Assembly: GCA_964202905.1 (NCBI GenBank)
Contig: CAXNJO010000001.1
Coordinates: forward strand, 928,001-992,000
Direction: 5' to 3'
From: Polyangiales bacterium
Lineage (GTDB): Bacteria > Myxococcota_A > Polyangia > Polyangiales > JADJQN01
DNA: 64,000 nt
The position numbers and the translations under genes are program-made. Shown piece after piece: positions 56,798-64,000 of the stretch. The notes beneath the pieces are model-generated. The model had not been told where the DNA came from, searched no databases, and saw only the letters and a list, made by a program, of their open reading frames with translations. Each line of letters opens with the position of its first letter. The stretch's first letter is position 1.

Positions 56798-58065
56798 ATG
56801 CTGCCCATCCACGAGCGCGACACGATCGAGTACGACGACGCCCTGCGGGGGCTCTCCCGGCGCGGCGAGGCGGACCTCGAGGCGGTCGAGCCGAGCGTCC
56901 GCGCGATCCTCGCGGACGTGCGCGCGCGCGGCGACGAGGCGGTGCGCGCCCTGACGGAACGCTTCGACGGGCGCCGGGTCGAGCAGGTCGTGGTGCCCGC
57001 GGCCGTGTGGCACGCGCGGGCGGCTGAGGTCTCCGCGGAGGTGCGCGCCGCGCTCGCGGCGGCCGCGGCGCGCATCGAGCGCTACCACGTACACCAGCGC
57101 GACCCGGGCTTCCGCTACGAGGAGGACGGCGTGACGCTCGGGCTCCGCGTGCGGGCGTGCAAGGCGGCGGGCGTCTACGCGCCTGGCGGCAAGGCGCGCT
57201 ACCCCTCGAGCGTGCTCATGGCCGCCATCCCCGCGAAGGTCGCGGGCGTGCGCCGCATCGTGCTCGCGACGCCGAATCCCACGCCCGAGATCTGCTGCGC
57301 GGCAGTCGCTCGCGGGCGTGACGGAGGTGCTCTGAAGTCGGCGGCGCGCAGGCGATCGCGGCGCTCGCCTACGGCACCGAGACGGTGCGCCCCGTCGACA
57401 AGATCGTCGGCCCCGGCAACCTCTACGTCGCCTGCGCGAAGCGGCTCGTGTTCGGCGTCGTCGACATCGACGGCATCGCCGGGCCGAGCGAGATCCTCGT
57501 CGTCGCCGACGACCACGCCGACCCGCGCGTCGTCGCGGCCGATCTGCTCTCGCAGGCGGAACACGACGAGGACGCGTACGCGCTGCTCGTGACGACCTCG
57601 CGCGCGCAGGCGGAGGCGGTCGGCCGCGAGGTCGAGGCGCAGCTGCCCTCGCTCTCGCGCCGCGTGATCGCCGAGGCGAGCTTGCGCCGCCACGCGCAGG
57701 CCTTCGTCACGCGCGACCTGACGGAGGCGGCCCGCGTCGCGGACTCGCTCGCGGCCGAGCACCTCTCGCTGCAGGTGCGCGACCCGGAGGCGCTGCTCGA
57801 GCACATCGGGGCCGCGGGCGCGGCCTTCCTCGGCGACTTCACGCCCGAGGCCGCGGGCGACTACGCGGCGGGCCCCTCGCACGTGCTGCCGACGGGCGGC
57901 GCCGCGCGCTTCGGCGGGCCGCTCGGCGTCTACGACTTCGTCGTCCGCACCTCGCTCATCCGCTACACGCCGGACGCCATCCGCGCGCAGGCCGATCTGC
58001 TCGAGTCGCTCGCGCGGCTCGAGGGGCTCGACGGGCACGCCCGCGCGGTCACCGTCCGCCGCTGA
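56798..58065 (+). CDS. hisD: histidinol dehydrogenase (frameshift ~57300-57345)
   Basis: GVYAPGGKARYPSSVLMAAIPAKVAGV; then VDKIVGPGN.YV, IDGIAGPSE, ADLLSQAEH, AAEHL and GDYAAGPSHVLPTGG. Confidence 0.95.
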
Positions 58066-58279
58066 GGGCGTCGGGACGTGCGGCCGGCGCGCCGCGCGTG
58101 GCGTGACGCCCCGCCGTCAGCGATGTAACGGCGGGCGGGCATCGCGCCGCGCTGAACCGCGATTCACCTTGCGTTCGCGAGACATTGGGCCGATCACTCG
58201 GCCCCACCGAGGGCGGCACGCCGCTTGCGGAGGAAACGTCTTTGCGCGCCGTCGGTGCGTCGAAAGAGGAGAACCGAGC

Positions 58280-61200
58280 ATGCTTGTGTCGAAACGACTG
58301 ATCTCCTGCCTGCTCGCCGCAGCGCTGGTCGCGCTGGGGCTCGGCGGCTGCGCCGAGGAGCAGCCCGCGGTCAACCGCGTGCAGCCTGGGGCCCTCCGGA
58401 AGTCGGAGTTCATCGGCTCCACCTTCTACATGCGGCAGACGGTCATCGACACGCCGTACAGCGTCGACTTCACCTTCGTGGGCGAGCAGGGGACGCTCGA
58501 GAAGATCGAGTGGGACATCCAGGAGAACTTCCTCCTCGCGCGGCGCAGCTACGAGTGGATCGCGGGCTCGGAAGGGGAGGGCCTCAACGGCAGCTCCACC
58601 GAGGCGAATGCCCCCGTCGCCATCTATCGCATCGACTCGCACTTCGACATCCGTCGCCAGTACAACCCCTCGACCGGTGAGGAGTTGAACGTCATCGAGG
58701 AGAACGCCTCGGACCGCCCCTGGTATCAGCGCGAGCATTTCCGCGTCGATTGGTCGCGCAACCTCGCGGAGAGCAGCGATTTCCTCTCGCTCGGGCGGAT
58801 GTTCGATGGCGTGCGCGTCGAGTCGGTCGCGTACGAGGTGCCGTTCGGCTCGGGGGACGCGAACGCCCCGCAGTTCATCGACGAAGACGGCGACGACCGC
58901 TTCGACTACATGGACATCGTCAACAAGTCCTTCGTGACGCCCGGTCAGGTGTTCATCGAGGGGCTCGGCAACATCCCGTCCTGCTACCTGCTCTATCAGG
59001 ACCACTTCGACTGCACCTCCGCGGAGATCACGGTCCGCAACTCCTTCCTGAAGGTCGACGCGTCGCGCGACTACCAGCCCATGGTCTACACGGGCGATCG
59101 CATGGAGCGCTTCGGCTACTTCGTGACGGCGCGCCCCGGCTACGACCCGCAATACGGCGCGGTCGAGTCGGCGCGTCATCGCTTCATCAACCGCCACAAC
59201 GTCTGGCAGGAGAGCCACAAGGGCGGCGCGACGGGCGCGCTCGTGGCGTGCACGACGGACGCCGAGTGCGCCGACGGTCGCGGCTCGGTCTGCGACATGG
59301 ACTACGCACGCGCGCATCGGACGCGCACGGGCGCGTGCACGATCCCGCTTCGCGACCGCGCGGTGCGGCCCATCCCCTACTACCTCTCGAAGAACTTCCC
59401 CGAAGATCTCGAGCCCGACGCGGAGCACCTCGAGTCCGAGTGGAACGCGGCGTTCTCGCAGACGGTCTCCTCCGCGCGTGAGCAGGAGTGCCTCGCGAAC
59501 GGGGGCGACGCCGGTTCGTGCGCCGCGGAGCGGACGCGCCCCGACTCGCAGAACGTCTTCGTGATCTGCCACAGCCCCGTGCGCGAGAGCGATGCGGCGG
59601 CGTGCGGCGCGCGCGGCACGGTCGCCGAGATCGGCGATCTCCGTTACTCGCTCATCGGCTGGGTCAACGACCCGCACCGCTCGTCGCCCCTCGGTTACGG
59701 TCCCTCGGCCGCCGACCCGGAGACGGGTGAGCTCATCCAGGCCAACGCCTTCATCTACGGCGCGGCGATCGAGACGCTCTCGACGTTCGCGCGGGACATC
59801 GTGGCGCTGCTCAACGGGCAGCTCGACGTCGACACCCTCACGAGCGGCGAGAACGTCGCTGCGTGGGTCGACCGCATGAACGCCGCGGGCTCCGAGTCGA
59901 CGGGCCGCCCCGCCGACGATCACGTCGTCGCGATCGACGGCGCCGACGCGGCCGACATCAACGAGGCGATGGGGTTCCGCGAGCGGCTCGCGCCCGCGCT
60001 CGCCGAGGGCCGCCGCGCGGCGCCCCGCAGCCCCGCTGAGCTGCGTGAGCGCATCACCGAGAGCCGCGCACGCCTCGAGCGCGCTGGCGTCTTCGGGCGT
60101 GACGACCTCCGCGGTCAGGTCCGCCTCGGCAACCTCCACGGCACCGACATCGAGCGCATGCTCACCACGCGTGGCCTTGTCGCCGGCGCGGGCATCGACC
60201 CCGCGCACACGCTCGACGACGACGCGCTCGCCGTCGGCTTCCCCGCTCCGCGGTCGCACGAACGTCGGGCGCCTCCGCGCGCTCGACGACGCGCGCCGCC
60301 GCCTGCAGGCCGCGGGCTGCGTGCTCAACGCCGACTTCGCCGACGATGGTCTGCTCGGTCTCGCACGCGAGATCCAGCGCGCGGTCACGAGCGGCACGGG
60401 CGTCCTGAACTGGTACGGCCGCGACTATCCCGTCGTCGACGCGAGCGGCGCCATCGATCAGCAGCAGGTCCGCGCGATGCTGCGCCACCCGATCTTCGCC
60501 GCGGTCACCGCGCACGAGATCGGCCACACCGTCGGACTCCGGCACAACTTCAGCGGTTCGTTCGACTCCATCAATTACCGCCCGCGCTACTGGGAGCTCC
60601 GCGACGACGGCAACATGCGCCCGCGCGCCTACGACCCGCTCACCGACGCGGAGATCGATGGCCGCATCATCGAGAACCAGTACGCGTCCGTGATGGATTA
60701 CGGCAACAACTTCGTCGTGACCGACTCCAACGGTCTCGGTCACTACGACCACGCCGCCATCAAGATGGGATATGCCGACCTCGTCGAGGTCTTCGACGGC
60801 GTCGCCGACCCGCAGGAGATGGTCTGGTACGACATCTTCTCCCGCTACGGCTGGCCGGTCACGCTCACCTTCGACGCCGTCACCGGCGGCCCGATCTCGG
60901 CGTACACGTACACCGATATTCCCGGTCTCCTCGGCGGCATCGAGGGCCTCGAGCGGCGCGCGGACGTCCCCTACACCTCGCTGCGCGCGGACGCGATGCT
61001 CGGTGCGCAGGGCTTCGACGATGCAGTCGTCGACGCCGCTGGCCGCCCGATGGTTCCGTACCTGTTCTGTTCGGACGAGCAGGCGGACCTCGGCCCGGAT
61101 TGCCTCCGCTACGACACGGGCGCGGACGTGTACGAGACGATGCAGAACGTCGCCGACACCTACTGGAACTACTACATCTTCAACGCGTTCCGCCGCGAGC

Positions 61201-62205
61201 GGCTCGGCTTCAACACCGACAGCTACGTCGGTCGCATCTACGACCGCTACTTCTCGAAGCTCCAGTACGCGAACCAGATCTACTCGCTCTACCGCCCGAT
61301 CATCACCGACGTGTTCGGTGACTTCGACGGCTTCGACGAGACGTTCTGGACGCGCGAGAACGGCATGGGCGCGTGGACGCTCGGTGTCGGTGTCGGCTAC
61401 TCGCTCCTCACACGCGTGATCGCGTCGCCGGAGCCAGGTCAGTACGGCGTCGGCACGCGCGCCGATGGCAGCAGCGCGCTGCTCTCCGGCGCCGGTCGCA
61501 GCGCGACGGTCGACACGCTCGACGGTCGCTATCTCGAGACGACGTGGAACTTCGACGAAGGCTATTACTGGTTCGACCAGCTGGAGCGCGCCGGATACTT
61601 CTACGACAAGGTCCTCGCGGTGCAGGTGCTCACCGATCCGGAGACCAACTTCCTCGGCCGCGACACCTCGGCCGACGTGCGGCAGTACCAGCTCAACTAC
61701 TACACCTCGTTCGCGCCCTCGATGCGCGGTCTGCTCCGCGGTCTGCTCTCCGACGATTGGTCGGCGATCGGCGCGCGCGGCATGGGGCGCGGCGCGCTCC
61801 GCTTCCCGACGCCCATCGAGCTCGCCAACGGCGGCGCGATCGGGCAACCCGATCGACCCCGCCGCGTCGTTCTCGCTGCAGATGTACGCCTCGGTGCTCG
61901 GCATGGCGCTCATTCCGCAGACCTTCGACCAGTCGTACATGAACGAGTCGCGCATCCACGTGCAGGGTGGCGCCGAGGGCGTGTCGCTCACCGGACCGAC
62001 GGTCGAGTTCGTCGACCCGGCGAGTGGGCTCACCTACGTCGCGGCCTCTCGCCTCGAGGGTGGCGTCGAGAAGGGCGTCGGCGCGGCGATGTTGCTGCAC
62101 GCGCAGGCGCTCGCCGACCGCGGCGCGACGCTCGAGCTGGCGCGCTACATGGACAACGTGAACGTCGTGCGCCGCCTGAGCTGGGACTACGGCTTCGGCA
62201 TCTGA
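58280..62205 (+). CDS. large zinc metalloprotease lipoprotein, met-zincin type (~1,300 aa; frameshifts ~60240 and ~61845)
   Basis: RBS GAGGAG; lipobox LGGC; LGYGPSAADPETGELI; HEIGHTVGLRHNF (HEXXHXXGXXH); Met-turn ASVMDY; YLFCSD. Confidence 0.88.
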
Positions 62206-62226
62206 CGGCGGCTGACGTCGGAACGT

Positions 62227-62249
62227 GAGACAGCGGGGATCGCTGCCTC
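62227..62249. repeat. hairpin GAGACAGCG-N5-CGCTGCCTC between convergent genes
   Basis: 9-bp stem with one mismatch; arm shared with the 29703 and 31266 palindromes. Confidence 0.55.
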
Positions 62250-62253
62250 CCAC

Positions 62254-64000
62254 CTACGGGCGGGGTGCAGCGGTCCCCGTATCCTTTTCGCCCTCGGCAG
62301 CGTCGAGCAGTGCGCGCACGCGGGCGGCGAGGGAGTCGGGGGTGAAGGGCTTGCCCAGCACCGGGCCCTCGTCCCAGATGGCGCGCTCGGGCTCGCTCGG
62401 GCGGCCCGCATCCGGCGCGCGGCCGTGCTCGCCGGCGTAGCCCGTGATGAAGAGCACCTGGATCCCGGGTCGCAGCTCGCGCACCGCGCGCGCCGCCTCG
62501 GGGCCGCGCATGCGCGGCATGACCACGTCGCTCAGCAGCAGGTGGATCGGGCCCGCGTGTTCGCGGGCCTTCTCGATCGCGTCGAGTCCGTCGACGGCCT
62601 CGAGCACGTCGTAGCCGAGCGATCGCAGCGAGCGCAGCAGGACGCGCCGCACGCCGAGATCGTCTTCGGCGACGAGGATCGTCTCGCTGCCGCCGGCGCG
62701 GCGGCTGGGCGCGGGGGCCGCGCCGCGGTCTGCGGCGTCCTCGCTCGTGACCGGGAGGAAGACCGAGAACAGCGTGCCGACGCCGAGCTGGCTGTCGACC
62801 GCGAGGTGCCCGCCTGCCTGACGCACGACGCCGTAGCAGGTCGCGAGGCCGAGGCCGGTGCCGTGGCCTGCGCTCTTCGTCGTGAAGAAGGGCTCGAAGA
62901 TGCGGCGCTTCGTCTCCTCGCTCATCCCGGTGCCGGTGTCGCGGACGTCGATCCGCACGAAGCGCCCAACCGTCGCGTCGACGTGCCGCGCGACATACGC
63001 GCGATCGAGGTCGACGACGGAGGTCGCGAGCGTGAGCGCGCCCCCACCGGGCATCGCGTCGCGCGCGTTGACCGCGAGGTTGAGGATGACCTGCTCGAGG
63101 CGCCCCGGGTCGACGAGCACCGTCGCGCGCTGCGCCGCGTAGCGCAGCTCGACGCGGATCTCCTCGCCGACGACCCGGCCGAGCGTGCGCGAGAGCGACA
63201 TGAGCACGTCGTTCGGCGCGATCTGCTGCGCGCGCGAGGTGTCGCGCCGCGCGAAGGTGAGCAGCTGACGCGTGAGCTCGCGCGCGTGCAGCGCGGCGTT
63301 GGTGATCTCGTGGAGCTCCTCCTCGACGCGGCTGTTCGCGACGAGCAGCGCGGCGTCGGCGTTCGCGAGGATGGCGGTGAGGACGTTGTTGAAATCGTGC
63401 GCGACGCCGCCCGCGAGCCGCCCGAGGCCCTCGAGCTTCTGCACGTGCACCAGCATCGACTCGAGGTCGACGCGCGAGGTGACGTCGAGGACGGTACCGA
63501 GGATGCGCACGCCCCCGACCTCGCCGGGGCCGCGGATCACGCGCGCGGCACCGACGAGGTGGCGGACCTGACCGTTGGCGAGCTTGACGCGGTAGTTGTG
63601 CGGGCCGATGTGCGGCCGCGAGCGGAGCGAGTGGTTCGCGCGCTCGAGGGCGTCGCGATCTTCGGGGACGACGAGCGCGTAGGCCGCGCTGATCGTCGGC
63701 TCGAAGGTCTCCGCCGAGAGGCCGTGGATGCGGAACATCTCGTCGGACCAGCGCACCGCGCCCGTGTCGGTGTCGAACACCCAGGTGCCCACGCTCGCGA
63801 GGGACTGCGCCGCTTCGAGCTCTTGCGTGCGCGCGCGCAGCGACTCGGCGATGCGGACGCGCTCGCTGACGTCGAGCAGCGCACCGCGGTAGCCGACGAC
63901 ACGTCCGAGGCTGTCGCGGTCGATCGCCAGCGTGCCGACCGCGTGGCGCACCTCTCCGTCCGGCCTGCGGAAGCGAGTGTCCGCGCGCGCGACGTCGCGC
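62254..64000 (-). CDS. hybrid sensor histidine kinase (PAS-PAS-HisKA-HATPase-REC), 5' end outside the window
   Basis: GRLAGGVAHDFNN (H box), NLAVNARDAM, DTGTGM, FEPFFTTK and GTGLGL; receiver ILVAEDD...LLLSDVVMP...KPF. Confidence 0.95.
   Translation of the reverse strand, partial: RDVARADTRFRRPDGEVRHAVGTLAIDRDSLGRVVGYRGALLDVSERVRIAESLRARTQELEAAQSLASVGTWVFDTDTGAVRWSDEMFRIHGLSAETFEPTISAAYALVVPEDRDALERANHSLRSRPHIGPHNYRVKLANGQVRHLVGAARVIRGPGEVGGVRILGTVLDVTSRVDLESMLVHVQKLEGLGRLAGGVAHDFNNVLTAILANADAALLVANSRVEEELHEITNAALHARELTRQLLTFARRDTSRAQQIAPNDVLMSLSRTLGRVVGEEIRVELRYAAQRATVLVDPGRLEQVILNLAVNARDAMPGGGALTLATSVVDLDRAYVARHVDATVGRFVRIDVRDTGTGMSEETKRRIFEPFFTTKSAGHGTGLGLATCYGVVRQAGGHLAVDSQLGVGTLFSVFLPVTSEDAADRGAAPAPSRRAGGSETILVAEDDLGVRRVLLRSLRSLGYDVLEAVDGLDAIEKAREHAGPIHLLLSDVVMPRMRGPEAARAVRELRPGIQVLFITGYAGEHGRAPDAGRPSEPERAIWDEGPVLGKPFTPDSLAARVRALLDAAEGEKDTGTAAPRP

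Noticed and set aside
38907..62033. Very long alternative-frame or antisense ORFs (e.g. 38907-42203, 42626-46264, 44371-48612, most of 52278-55787, 58049-60397, 60162-62033)
   Set aside because: They are Arg/Ala/Gly-rich shadows of real genes, expected in very GC-rich DNA with few stop codons, and have no recognisable motifs.

Overview
This is very GC-rich bacterial DNA, roughly three-quarters G+C by eye. It is most consistent with a myxobacterium (Polyangia/Sandaracinaceae-like), inferred from a MYXO-CTERM protein, MopE-type Cys/Asp repeat lipoproteins and 'DAG' linkers. From the left end, the window holds a MerR regulator, two ferritin-like diiron enzymes and a TonB-dependent receptor. A clear cobalamin riboswitch follows, upstream of two lipoproteins. 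Next come two tandem ~1,500-aa paralogous lipoproteins with near-identical promoters and N-halves but divergent C-halves, then phoD, a YHYH pair, an ABC-F ATPase, an SDR and an aldolase, a TSP3/MYXO-CTERM protein, an ECF sigma/anti-sigma operon, radC and a porin. The middle carries rpmH-rnpA-yidD-yidC-jag plus rsmG, without adjacent dnaA/mnmE/mnmG. After that are a secreted ORF ending in RPPR ahead of a triple-DsbA gene, a GNAT-CesT-PspA-FmdB cluster, uvrD/pcrA, a J-domain/TPR protein, cysS, a YncE-phosphoesterase, hisD, a large met-zincin lipoprotein and a partial hybrid histidine kinase. Many genes, including yidC and hisD, carry single-base frameshifts that look like long-read assembly errors. 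I saw no tRNA, rRNA, CRISPR array or transposase. The best leads are the RPPR leader/DsbA locus, the B12-riboswitch lipoprotein module, the constant/variable lipoprotein duplication, the diiron pair and a small AGACAGC...GCTGTCT palindrome family. All family names come from motif recognition by eye; no searches were run.
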